Positions 1-11,492 of a stretch of DNA of 64,000 bases are shown in pieces; the first letter of the stretch is position 1, and every line of letters begins with the position of its first letter. Origin of the DNA: Protoeuglena noctilucae (taxonomy: Eukaryota). The position numbers and the translations under genes were made by a program. A model generated the notes under the pieces. That model saw only the letters and a program-made list of their open reading frames with translations, made no database searches and was not told where the DNA came from. The stretch covers positions 868,001 to 932,000 of the forward strand of contig OY253676.1 of assembly GCA_958009085.1 (NCBI GenBank). Reading direction: 5' to 3'.

Positions 1-1233
1 GCTCGGGTGCCGCGTGAAGGCGAGCATGATCTCCAGGAACCCCACCCTCTCCGAGGCGTCGAGCGTGTCGAGGTGCGTGGACCCAAACAGCTGCATGCTG
101 TCGCACAGCCGCTTGCCGTAGTCCTCGTTGTCGGCACCGGGCATGAGACTCGCGCGGGCTTCCGCGGAGCCCAGCGCTGCCGCCGCGCACCCCGCCAGCG
201 CCCGCCCCGCCTGGGCCAGCACCGCCCGCCCTGGCTCGCCGTCCTCCTCCCTCACCCGCCGCTGCGTCAGCTGCCGCAGGCACTCGACGGCCGCCAGGCG
301 CGTGTCCGCGGATCCCTGCTGCCCCAGCACCGCGAACGCATCGACCATGCGCCAATGCCCCAGTCGGTCCAGAGGGCACCACTCGCACACCTGCTCCGCA
401 CACCGCAATGCCTCGCAGACCACGCCCTCGTGCTGGGAGTTGCCGGAACGCGTGAACTCGACGAAGTGCGCCTCCATGACTCCCCGAAGCACAGGCAGCA
501 CCGCGTCCAGCGACTCCGTCAGTGCCGCCAGCATCGCCCGGCGCCGGTCTCCCTCCATCACTGCCTGCCCGCCCGCCACCTCCTCCCCCACGTACTGCAG
601 CACAAGCACCGATGCCGCCGCGGGCGCCACGGCCACCGGGCCGGCCGCCAGTGCGGCCTGGATGCGACTGAGCGCGGCGGCCCACAGGCCCGGCCCCGCC
701 TGGCACACGCAGTGGGCCAGCAGCAGCGCCGCCATGCTCCGCGCGCTGAACGTCACGTTGTCGCCGCAGGCGCCGTCGAAGAGCTCCAGCGCGTGGCTCG
801 CCAGCGCTGACTGCGCGTCCAGGCCGAGCTCGCCCCATCGCGACGGCGCGAGGTGCTGCAAGACCTTCAGGCCGAAGTGCTGCGCCTCCGGGGCGGGCGT
901 CCCGGCCAGGCGGGTCGCGAGGCGCCATGCACCGGTCGCATCGCGAGTCTTCTGAGCCTCGAGCAGCTGGGGGCGAGGCCGGGGAGAGGGCGCACTCGCA
1001 CATCAATGGGCGGGCACTTTTCGCGACCAGTGGCAGCGCGCAGGGGGCTCGTGGGATCTGGAGCCGCTCATGCAACGAAGATCGGACACGTAAGGATCGC
1101 GGCAGTGGCTGAAGGGAAGCATGGCTGATTCGCGGCTCGCCTGCGTGGCAGCGACTTGGTCCGCCTGCGTCGCCCCGATGCGGTGCGCCGCCTCGAGGAC
1201 GGCCAGCGCGTGGACCACCTCCTCGTCCGCCAT
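1..1233 (-). CDS. Exportin-5/HASTY-like karyopherin, 5' part (runs off the window)
   Basis: Exon 1233-1141 (MADEEVVHALAVLEAAH...AATQ), a CAG|GCGAGC intron, then an exon from 966 reading LLEAQK...EAQHFGLKVLQHLAPSRW. HFGL..L.H....RW is typical of the importin-beta/Xpo5 N-terminal HEAT region. Confidence 0.65.
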
Positions 1234-1967
1234 CGATCGCTATCGCCTAAACATTCCGGAGCCCGCGCTGCGACAGGCGGCGGGACCTCTCTTGCACCGA
1301 TGCAGCGAACAAGCCGATGACGAGCGCGCGGCGGCTAAAGGCGAATGTGAGGGTCTTTTGCAGACGCATGCCACCGACGAGCTCTTGTCACCAAGCGCTG
1401 CAGCAATCACGATCGTGTGCGGGGCAGGCAGTTTTTGGCACGTCAGAAATGACCCACAAACAAACAACCACAAACAACCACATACGACTGCGGACGGACG
1501 ATCTTAGTCTACACCCGACCCCGCGCTGCGCCCCGTCCGGTCCCCACCAGGCGCGGGTGCGCCTCCGAGCGATGGGCCCCAGCCGTGTCACGGCGGGGAC
1601 CGCTCGTTCGCTGGGGATGCAGCGAGGCGGTACCTGGCCGATGGATCGGATCCAAGCTACCCATCGTGGCCATCGGAGGGCGGATGTGGGGCTGCGTCGG
1701 GCGAGAAGCCCTACCCAGAAACCATCGCTGACGCGGCGCCGGATCCGAGTCTCTGCGACGACCTACGACCTCGCACGCGTTCTGTGCAACAAGCTGCGTG
1801 CGTCGCAAGTCCCATAATTATCGTGGCGCTGCATATCGAACGAGACAGCTTCTTTTATCCTGCGAGGCACTCCAGCGTGTCCTTTTGGCCGGTCCACGTT
1901 CGCCAGCCCGTGTCAGCAGTCGCGCCGCCTTGAGCTTGGTCGCTAAGGAACGTTTCGCAGTGCCACT

Positions 1968-3109
1968 ATGGGAGCTGGGGACCCCGACCAGGTGGTCTTG
2001 CAGCTGGTGACCTCCACCAATCGTCCGTACAACACCCAGCTCCTCGCGGATAACCTCCAAACGCGCGGTATCAAGAAGCCCGCCGTCCAGCGCGCGCTGG
2101 ATGCCCTGGTGGACCAGGGGAAGATCCTGTGCAAGGTGCACAGCACGCGCAGCATGCTCGAGGCACCTGCTCGCCGGGACGGCGTGTAGGCCCTTGAAAC
2201 TCACACATTGTGATCCAGAGACTACCTTGCGTACCACGCAGGAGTGCGGCAAGTCCAAGATTTACTATCCGCCCCAGGACAACCTGCCTGTCCTGTCCGA
2301 GGCCCAGTCCGCCGACCTGAAGGCGAGCGAGGCCGCGCGCGCCCGTCGGTTCGAGAGTCTAGAACACGTTGGAGGTGCTCAGCCCAGGATGGGGCTTCCG
2401 GCTCGCAGGCGAAGCTGTCGGAGGCCAAGACTGCCGTGGCCCTCGGCCAGGAGGAGCTCAAGCGCTTGCAGGCCGAGCTCGCGAGCCTCTCCAGCAGTCT
2501 TTCCGTCGAGGAGCTCAAGAAAGAGGTGGAGCGCCACAAAAAGGAGGTGCGGATCCTGCGCGCGGCATCGTTTGACGGGGTGCAGGGCGCAGCTGCACCG
2601 AGGCTCGTTGTACAGGATACCTACCCTAGAGTGCACACACCGAGCCCACGTCCGTCTCCCGCTCCCTGCGATGTGGCACGCAGGTCGCGGAAATGTCGGC
2701 CAAGCTGAAGGGCCTGCAGACGGGCGTGCGGCTCGTGACGCCCGAGGAGCGTCGCAAGGTGGAGCGGCAGTTCGAGGCAGCGCTCGAGCACTGGCGCAAG
2801 CGGAGGTGAGAATTTGAATCGCAGCAACCTCGGCTGTGAGCCTGCCCGGGGACCCGTAAGGACGCCGGGACGAGGCGCGGTGTTGGTGTGAGCCCATGGA
2901 ATCGGGTGTCCCTACCAAATAGCCTGTCGACGAGCCTGCCTCCCAGGTCCATGTTCCGGGCAGTGTGGGATCCTATCACGGAGAACATGGACAAGAAGGA
3001 GTCTGCGCTGATGGAGGAGGTGGGCATTGAGAATGACGACGCGGCAGGGGTGAGCCTCGCTGACATGGCGCGGTTGGCACCCGGGGGCAACAAGAAGCGC
3101 AAGGCATGA
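1968..3109 (+). CDS. HOP2: Homologous-pairing protein 2 (HOP2/TBPIP/PSMC3IP), 5 exons
   Basis: Winged-helix NRPYNTQLLADNLQ...K|ECGKSKIYYPPQD, a coiled coil, then WRKRRSMFRAVWDPITEN...LMEEVGIE. Exon frames join correctly; intron 2 has a GC donor at 2323. Confidence 0.92.
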
Positions 3110-3439
3110 GGAACAGCAACGATCGGGTTGGTTTCATTCATGTGGCTGTACTTGCAGCCGCACAGCTGCGATGGCACCCCGCCGCATTGCGCAACGCGCA
3201 ACGCCGCCCGCACCCACCGGACCCAGCCTGGCCGTGACAGCGGCATTCTTGCCGCGTCTCAGAGTGGCCCAATGCTGCCCGTTTCCACATTGTTGTACAT
3301 GCATATGTTGTAGACCACCTCGTAACTTTAAACTACCGTTCTGACGCACGACGCGTGTCGGTGCACCCCCATCAGACCGCCTCCACCGCAGTGGCCGCGA
3401 GAGCGAGGGCTACCTGGGTCAACCACATCATCCGGGATC

Positions 3440-6400
3440 TCATATCAATCCCGCCTTGCGCTTGGACCCCATCGGCGCCGCCATGCTCAGCATCCTCTCC
3501 ACGGCCTCGTCATAAGCCCGCCTTCCCTCAAAGGCCTCCCCCTCGGTCCCAACCCCCTCGCCCCCCTCCCACGAACCCTCTGCGTCCGTCCCCTCGCTCC
3601 CCTCCTCGTCCCCGCCCTCCCCGCCCTCTCCGCTCCCTTCGCCAGAATCCTCGAAGTCGTCAGAATCGTACTCGGACCACGCCACCTCCTCGGCGTCGGA
3701 CGATCCGCTCCCCGACTCAGCCCCTGACTCAGCGCCCTCGGCCGGGCCGTCCATCGATGCTGGCAAACTGATCAACCCCTCGCTGCCCTCCGGACCGTCC
3801 AGCCCATCCGCCCCACCGCCCTCGCCCCCACCGCCTTCGCTCCCCGCATCCCTTGCCCCGCCCCCGCCCTCCCCACCACCCCCGCCCGCCACGCCCTCTT
3901 CCCCACGATCCGAACCCCAAACTCCACGCCGTCTCATGTCCCCAAATTGACTAGTAGTACTGTCCAACCCGGGATGAGCGCCCACGCCTGCCTTCATACG
4001 CAGTGCAGCGGGGGACGGTCCCGGCGACCCCACCCCCGGCACCAACGACCCCCCCGTCTCCCCGAGGCACATTTCCGGGGCCACCGCCGAAGCACGAAGC
4101 ACGCTGCGGCCCGTGTCCCGGCCCACCGCGCCACCGCCCGGCGTCTGCACGCGAACCGCATCACCCTCCGCCTCACCCGCAGGGGCGACACTGGGGGGCA
4201 AACCCACCGCAGCGGCGGGCGAACCCGTCACTACCCCAGGTGCCACCGGCTCAGGTTGGCACGGTATGCCCCCGGTTGGGTATGACCCCTCCGTACCCGC
4301 GCCCTTGTCCGGGAGCGGACTGCCAATCACAGCCAGCGCGCCGTCCCCAGCCCCCGCCCGCCCCTCTGTGGCCGCAAACGCCGGCGCTTCTTTGTTTGGG
4401 GAGAACGCCGCGTGTGGCCAGGACCCGGATGCCCACAGGGACGGGCGGATTCTGGCGGGCGATGCCAGAGTGCCCTGTGCCAGTGCGCCTGCCAGAGACG
4501 GGAGATTGACGCGGATGCTCTCCGGGATCGCCGCCACGGTGCGGGGACTGCGGGGGGCCAACGCACGAGGGGTGGGGCGATGGTACAAGATGGCGACACG
4601 ACATGTCGAGGCGGAGCTCAGCAATGCGTGTGGGTTGATAAGAAGACCTCACAAAGCATGTGTGTTCAAGTTGCAGCCGACCAGCCCTCACCTCAGCACG
4701 GCCGACTCCCCCACCAGCTCGTCCTCCCCAGGACCCCCCTCTCCCTGCGGACCCACCCACGCGCCGCCTCCGCCCCCCGACCTTCGCGTTTCTGACATCG
4801 TCCCCGATGACAGAAACACCACATCGTCCCCCTCCAAGTCGCCCAGCCCTCTGGGCCCCTCCCCGCCTGCCCCATCCCCCTGCTCCTCCCTGCTTGGAGC
4901 ATCGCCCCCAGCCACCCCAGCACCACCCTGTGCACCGCTGTGGCCCTCCCCGTCCCAACCCCCACCCGCCCCACCCCTATCGCGATTCACCGCTGCGTCT
5001 GTTGCAGATCCGGCCACCTGCGCAGCCCTCGCCCGCCTCCTCAGCTCCGCCAGCCCAACGTCGGAGTCCGCGCCCGATGAGTCCAGCGACGGAGCCACGT
5101 CGCCTAAAGCATCGCCATCCGCTACCTCAGATGCACCACCCGCCAGGATCGACGCGCTACCTGCCACCTCCGATGCACCACCTATCACCTCCAAGGCACC
5201 GCCCGCGGCATCCAACGCCCCCAGGCTGTCCCCAAGGTCCAAAGAGCCACCGCTATTCATGCTGACCAGGGAGAGGTGACCAGATAAGTCGAGAGGGGAG
5301 GCAGAGGGTGCAGAGGGGCCAGATGCTGCACTACCATCCCTGCCCCTCTCGCCCGCTTGCGCTGCACTGCCATGAGGCAGATGCCCTGTCTTGCGATCTG
5401 CTGAGATCGCCCCAACCCCTCCAGCATCTTCCGCGACGCTGACCTCTGCTGCTCCCTCTCCAACTGCCCCACGTTCCGACCCCGCGCCCGCCAACGTATC
5501 CACCGCCGTCGCCCACGCCTCCTCCCCACCGTCTCTTGCCCTGTCCCTCTCCCTAAGCTCCCCATCACCGTCCCATAGCGCGCCCTGCGCCATCCGCGCC
5601 CTCTCAACTCCTTCATCACCACCCCAGCCCGCACCCCGCACCGCCCCCACCCCACCCACAGCCCCACCCTCCCCATCCGACTCCTCATCAGATGCCGTCG
5701 CCGTCGCACCCAGCGTCGTCACCGTCACCTCCCACATCGCACGCACCAACTCCCATTGGTCCTCCGGCCGCCCACGCGCCACCACCGACCGCAGCTCTGC
5801 AACCGCTCCTTCCTCCCAGGCAGTCATGCCACGCCCGGGCACGATGCCAGCACCGTACCGACTTCTGGGTGTGCCTGTCCCTAAGCACACGCCCGAAGAC
5901 CCCACCGCACGTGGGCTGGCCTCGCCCCTCCCATCCCTCGGCTCCCTCGCACCCCTCCCATTATCTGCCTTGGTCGGGGGCCTCTCAGGCCCCGCACCAC
6001 GCTGTCCTTGCGTGGCAGTCGGGGCAGCCACCTTGGGCTGCACAGGCGATGATGGTGACGCGTCCCCCGCACCCCACGCCCAAGCCCGCACGCCCCCAGC
6101 CTTCCCAGCCCCACCCTCGCTCGCCGCATGCCCCAAAGGCAACGCCACGCTGCCTGACAACACCACGTCACCCTCTTCACTGCCGCCCTCGCCCTCGCCC
6201 TCACCCACACCCCTCCCGCCCCTCTCCCCCAGCCTGGCACCCCCCGTGCTGTCATTGGGGCTCCCCTCACCGAGCCCCGCGCGCTCCTGGATGGGCGGCA
6301 GCGCCGTGCCACCCATGCCGGCGTGGGCGCTCCCGATGCTGTCGTCACGATTATAGTCAATCATGACATCGGCATCGGTCATGTCGGCCATACCAACGCC

Positions 6401-9214
6401 AGCACTGGACTCCCGCACTGTGTTAGGATCGAAAGGCCCGTCGCCTTTGGCCAGAGCCATCGAGTCCCGCGGGGCCAGGCTCTGTGCGGCAGAGCTGGCG
6501 AAGCTGGCGTGCGGGGACAGGAACTGAGCCCAGTCGGAGCGATTGGGCCGAGCGGCAGCGGGGCCAGGGCCATGCTGGGAGGGGTCGTCGGTGTCGTCTG
6601 CGGCCCTGTGCTGCAATGCGCTGTGCGGACGGTCATCCTGCGGGTGAGGGAAGGGTCGACGGGTTCCGAGGCAGGGGTTGTGGTTGCACGGCAGGACTTG
6701 TCATAATGTCAATGACATGGGGCTACGACCGTGAAGCTATCCATGATGACTACTCTCACATACACCGCTAGCGCTACAGCTAACACTACTGGTACCAATG
6801 CCCTGCTCAACTCCCATCCGCACCGTCAGCACAACATCAGCACCGGCCCAACACCTCCATCCCTCACCATAGACCTCGGCAGCCGGTCGAGCGTCGCGAA
6901 CGCCGCCGCCGTCCCCAGCTCCGCGGCCGTGGCACCCAGGCGGTCCTCCAGGATGCTCTGCTGCGCCTTGCGGACCCCTCGCATCTGCGCCTCCGCCAGC
7001 GCCTCCGCCGGGGGCTGCTCCTGAGCCTCTTGCTCCTGGAAAGGAAGGGTCACGACTTGTGATAACGAAGTATACTACTATGCATAGTACTGGTGTAGAG
7101 TTACCTCAGAGTACCTCTATGTATCAACAGCAGCTCCCAGCAGCAACCGCCACGCCCCTCTCCACATGCCACCACCCCCACCTGCTGCCGTATCCGCGCC
7201 ATCTGCCGCCCCCGCTTGGCCTCCATCTCCCTCGCCATCCACCGCCGTTGCGCCAGCTCCCCGCGAAGGTCGAACAATGCCGCCCGTGCCTCCCAAGTCT
7301 TCTTGGCTGTCCGCACGCTCATCGTCGCCACCGTCCCGCGACGCGACCCAGTCGACGCCAGCCGCTTGCCCGTCCGCGCCCCCGCACCGGCACCTGCGCT
7401 CGCGCGCCCTGCATCTGCCTTCCCCGCCCCGCCCGCCCCGCTCTCCGCAACCGACGGCTTCCTAGTCCCACGCCCCACGTCCTTTGTCGCCTCCTCCTCG
7501 TGGCCCAAGTCGATCTGCGCCCGCCGCGCCCGGCCCTCCTCGGCCTTTGCCGCGCTCGACCCCGTCGGCGCCAGGTACGACGTCGCGGGGCGGTCGCCGC
7601 CGCGCGGGGGAGTGCTGGCCGCCCGGCGCGGGGCCCGGCGCTTGCGGGGCCGGGGCGCGGGTGCAGCCACCGCCTCCCCGTCACCCCCTGCTCCCTCGAT
7701 GCGTGAGGGCGGCCGTGGTTGCGCCAGGTACGCCAGCCCCGCCGGTGCGCCACCAGGGAAGACGTGCCGCGCCAGGCCGGCCGCGGCGGAGGGGCTGAGC
7801 GTGGTGAGGTAGGCCTCCATGCACTCGCGCACGTATCGCGCTGACAGCGCCTGCTCGCACGTGGGCCGGGCCGCGGGGTCCGGCTGCAGGAGTAGCATCA
7901 CGAGGCGTCGGAAGGGAGAGCTGTAGTAGGTCGGGAGCGGCTCCCATTCGTTGCGCATCACTTTGACGACCAGTTGGGGCAGGCCCGAGGCGTCAAAGGC
8001 GATGCGGCGGGCCGCCATTTCGTACAAGACGCATCCCTGTGGGAGAGTAGAGGTGGTTATGAGTGTTAGGCAGGGAGAGATGGAGATGGCAGTGGCCCGA
8101 TTGGGGCACAATTAAGGCGCGCTGCTGTCTCTATCTGAGAGCCGAAGCGTCAAGCAAGCAACATGCGGCTGAGTCAGAGCCAGATTGGCCTCACCAGGGA
8201 CCATATGTCGCTGGCGTAGGTGTAAGGCCTCCCGGCCATGACTTCAGGGGACATGTAGTAGGGCGTGCCCATAACTGTGGTGGCCATGTCATGGGAGCTC
8301 TCCAGCTCCCGCCCCACGCCTGCATATAACTCAGTGAGCGAGAGTGGTCGTAAGGGAGTGGCGTAACAGACAGGTTCTACGGGAAGACAGGTGGCATCGG
8401 CCATGGACTGGCAAGGCATGGCTACGCAGTGACAACGTGGCAGTGAGAAGGGCGTGGGCGTTGGTTAGGGTTAGGGCGGCTGACGCACCTAGGTCTCCGA
8501 GCTTGATGGTGCGGCGGGACTTGGTCAGGAAGATGTTGTCGGGCTTCAGGTCCCGGTGCATGATGCGGCGGGAGTGCAGGTGGTGGAGGGCAGCCAGGAT
8601 CTGGCAAAACCACTGCATGATTTGCCACTCCGTGAAAACCTCCACCACCGGCTTGTGGCCCCCGGCCTGCGGGAACTCACGATCGGACGCTCCGCAAAGC
8701 AGGTTTGATGAGCATATGTGCGCAGAAGGAACAGAAACGCGGGGAGGGATGGAACTTGCCTTGGCCTTCAAAAGGCTGGCCAGTGTGCCGCCCTCGCAGT
8801 TGCCCATCACGATGCAGATCACGTTCTCCTTGTCGCGATACCAGCCCTTGAAGCTGACGAGGTTCCGATGGCTCCCGGCCTTGTACAGCAGCGCAATCTC
8901 GTTGTAAACCTGCGAGGGGCGCGAGAAGCGAGGGATGCGTGCGGCTGTCTCATGCATTGCCTCGCATGGAGAGTTCACTGTGAAGCTTTGATCGAAAAGA
9001 GACAGTCGCGACTGCTGCGACAGCCCCGCGCCGCCCCGCTCGGCACCTGGCGGTCCCCTTTGGAGCCCGTGGGGGCTCGGTCGACGCGCTTGATGACCAC
9101 AGACGGGTCCGACGAGCACGAATAGACCGTCGCAAAACTCCCGCTTCCCAGGACCTTGCCCAGCGTGTAGGTGTCCTTCAGCACGCATTGCGCGGCGACT
9201 TCCGCCGGGCGCAT
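3440..9214 (-). CDS. NIMA-related (NEK/CNK-type) Ser/Thr kinase with a very long low-complexity C-terminal tail; 3' end approximate
   Basis: GSGSFATV, VVIKRV, IVMGNCEGGTL, QIMQWFCQI..HRDLKPDNIFL..KLGDLG, GTPYYMSPE, YTYASDIWSLGCVLYEM spread over exons 9214-7180. The tail lies in ORFs 4688-6616 and 3440-4624. Confidence 0.85.
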
Positions 9215-9839
9215 ACGCTTGCGCGCGGGTGCCCGCGCGCCCGCGTCTCCCGACGGGGCCCCTGGACCACCCTGCCCTGCGATGAGATAATTGCAGAGAG
9301 TCAGGAACCGATGCCCTCTTGAAACATCATGCTATGCGCGCGGCGCTGAGCTGGCTCACAGCTGGCTCCGCTTTTGCGGCCTGTTCGGCCATCTGTGAGT
9401 TAAAGCAATGGCAGCCGAGGACCCCCGGTTACGCAGGAGCAAAACGAAGTGTCAGAGGCACATTCGACTCGGGTCGGGCGAGCCAGGCGCGCAGGAACGG
9501 CCCGAGTTCGTATCTGCTCGCTGCCTTCTCAACCGCGTCGCGCGGAGAGGGGGCATACAGTTGGCACTCAATCGACGGCAGGGTACATGCCGACGCGTGA
9601 AGAGCGTGCACGGCAGATCTCTTCTCCATGACAGTGTCATGGAGACGCGTGCTTCGCCCTGCCAGTGGCAGTTGCGTGTCACCGTTGGGGCGTCCCGGCA
9701 GACACTGCCGCAAGCGAGACATCCTCCGCACTTAACAGGGGAGGCTTGCTCTGCTGCTTGCAGGTCAGGCTGCGAACCTGACCAGCATTTCATCGCTCCC
9801 GCACATAAGCAGTATGCCTACCCCCTGACCGCCACTGCC

Positions 9840-10612
9840 CTAGATGCGGCGCTTCTTGGGCGGCCGGCATCCGTTGTGCGGCACCGGCGTCGCGTCCACG
9901 ATCTTGGTCAGGTTCATGCCTGCAGTGACGAGGGCGGAGAGGGCCGCCTCCCGCCCCACCCCGATGCCCTTGATCTTGACCGCCACCGTGTTGATGCCCA
10001 TGTCCCGCGCCTTTTGCACCAGGGCCGCAGCTGCGTCTGCAGCGCCGACCGGGGACTTTCGCCGCGCCTTCTTGTACCCCACCGTCCCTGTGGCAGTGGC
10101 ACCAGGGTGCTGCAGGTCTCACGGGTGCGCCAGCGATGTAAGGAACGCGAGATTCGAACTATCGGCAGGGACAGCGAGGGCGCAGGGACTGAAGAGGCGC
10201 TCCAGACGGCACCAGTGATACCGCAGGCGCCTCACCCGCAGACGTGCCCGCCTTCTTGTCCCCCTTCAAGTCCTGGAGCGCCAGGATGGTGTTATTCTTT
10301 GTCGCTGAGATGTGAATCACCGCCTGGGCGCCCGCGTGGATGGGCGCGGGGGCACCAGCGGGAGCAGACGTCTGCCCCGTCGTGGCCGCGCGCTGCTGCA
10401 CGATGCCTCCCTGCGCCGCGGACAGGTAGGCATGATGAGAATCGGCGTGCGAGAAATCGTTCGGCGACGCGTCAAGGGCGCGCGGGAAAAGGCGTAGGCT
10501 TCCACACCAGCCACGGCCAGCCCGGAGCCCGTCCAGACGTGCTGGCAGCCTCCCCCGCAGCCTCCGCTGCTCGGAGACAGCTCCAAGCAAGCGGGCGTAG
10601 CGTTCGCAGCAT
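9840..10612 (-). CDS. RPS11: Nucleus-encoded organellar (probably mitochondrial) ribosomal protein uS11
   Basis: IHISATKNNTILAL...SAG|TVGYKKARRKS...VKIKGIGVGRE...IVDATPVPHNGCRPPKKRRI*. Arg-rich N-terminal presequence MLRTLRPLAWSCLRAA; 2 introns. Confidence 0.85.
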
Positions 10613-10864
10613 CCTCGGCGCGCCGCTGGACGCCGCAATCACGACGGGAAGAGCAAGAGCAAGCGCAGGAAGCAATGGAGTCGTGTTTTCCAGCCGATGA
10701 GAGCTCACACCACGGCATCCGCGACAAAATGTTGTGGTGGCTGGATGCGATGGCCGACTGGACGAGTGCCGATGGCAAGATCGCTGTGCCGCCGCCAGTC
10801 ACTGGCGCTGCGGCATTCACCTGCAGCCAGCGCTCCCCCCGTGCGTCCATAACGACTGCCGGGG

Positions 10865-11455
10865 ATGTGCGGATGCGTTCTTAATGCTGACTGGGAGATA
10901 ACCGCAACGGGCAAGCCTCTTGTTCTGGTGCGCTCCACAGCGAGGCATTCTGCCGAAGCCGGCGGGGCGGAGGGCGTTGTCTGGGTGGCGGAGTCCGGGC
11001 TCGTGTCATCGCGGTCTGCGATGCCGCGCCAAGTGGCCAAGCTGGGGTGGAATCTGCTCATGAGGCCAAGCACGGTCGTGATGAAGGTGGGCAGGCACGC
11101 GGATGGGATTCCCCATCCGCCTTGGATGGCTTTGTGTACCAGTCATGCGTTGCGGACCCTGCGGAGTCTCGCTGACCCCCTCACGCGCGCCCCGGCCCCG
11201 CAGAATGGTGCGAGCTTCGAGACGTACGTTTGCTTCAACCGCAAAAAGGTCACGTTCATGGAGACGGACGTATACGACCACATGCTGATTCGAGGTGCGA
11301 CGCGCGAGGCACGGGCCGCGCTGCATCGCGCCGAGTGCGGAGCTAATGGGACCGTAGCGCTCGGCCACCACTCTGCGCCCGCAGGGGTGCGCGACACGTC
11401 GCTATCCAGACGAGGTCGCATCGCGAACTTCATGGAAAAGTACAGCGGCAAGTGA
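10865..11455 (+). CDS. Hypothetical protein (two probable in-frame introns, 11087-11203 and 11295-11384)
   Basis: Coding-like segments GWNLLMRPSTVVMK|NGASFETYVCFNRKKVTFMETDVYDHMLIRG|VRDTSLSRRGRIANFMEKYSGK* bounded by GT..CAG. Start uncertain. Confidence 0.5.
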   Translation: MCGCVLNADWEITATGKPLVLVRSTARHSAEAGGAEGVVWVAESGLVSSRSAMPRQVAKLGWNLLMRPSTVVMKVGRHADGIPHPPWMALCTSHALRTLRSLADPLTRAPAPQNGASFETYVCFNRKKVTFMETDVYDHMLIRGATREARAALHRAECGANGTVALGHHSAPAGVRDTSLSRRGRIANFMEKYSGK

Positions 11456-11492
11456 AGGGGCAGCGCGCGTGCTGGCATCCGCTCATTCCACC

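Noticed and set aside
7076..7089. Perfect 14-bp palindrome TACTATGCATAGTA in an AT-richer NEK intron
   Set aside because: Single occurrence, with no flanking TIR/TSD structure; compatible with chance.
8490..8505. DLG instead of DFG in the NEK kinase as a sign of a pseudokinase
   Set aside because: DLG is normal in several active NEKs; the catalytic Lys and HRD motif are intact.
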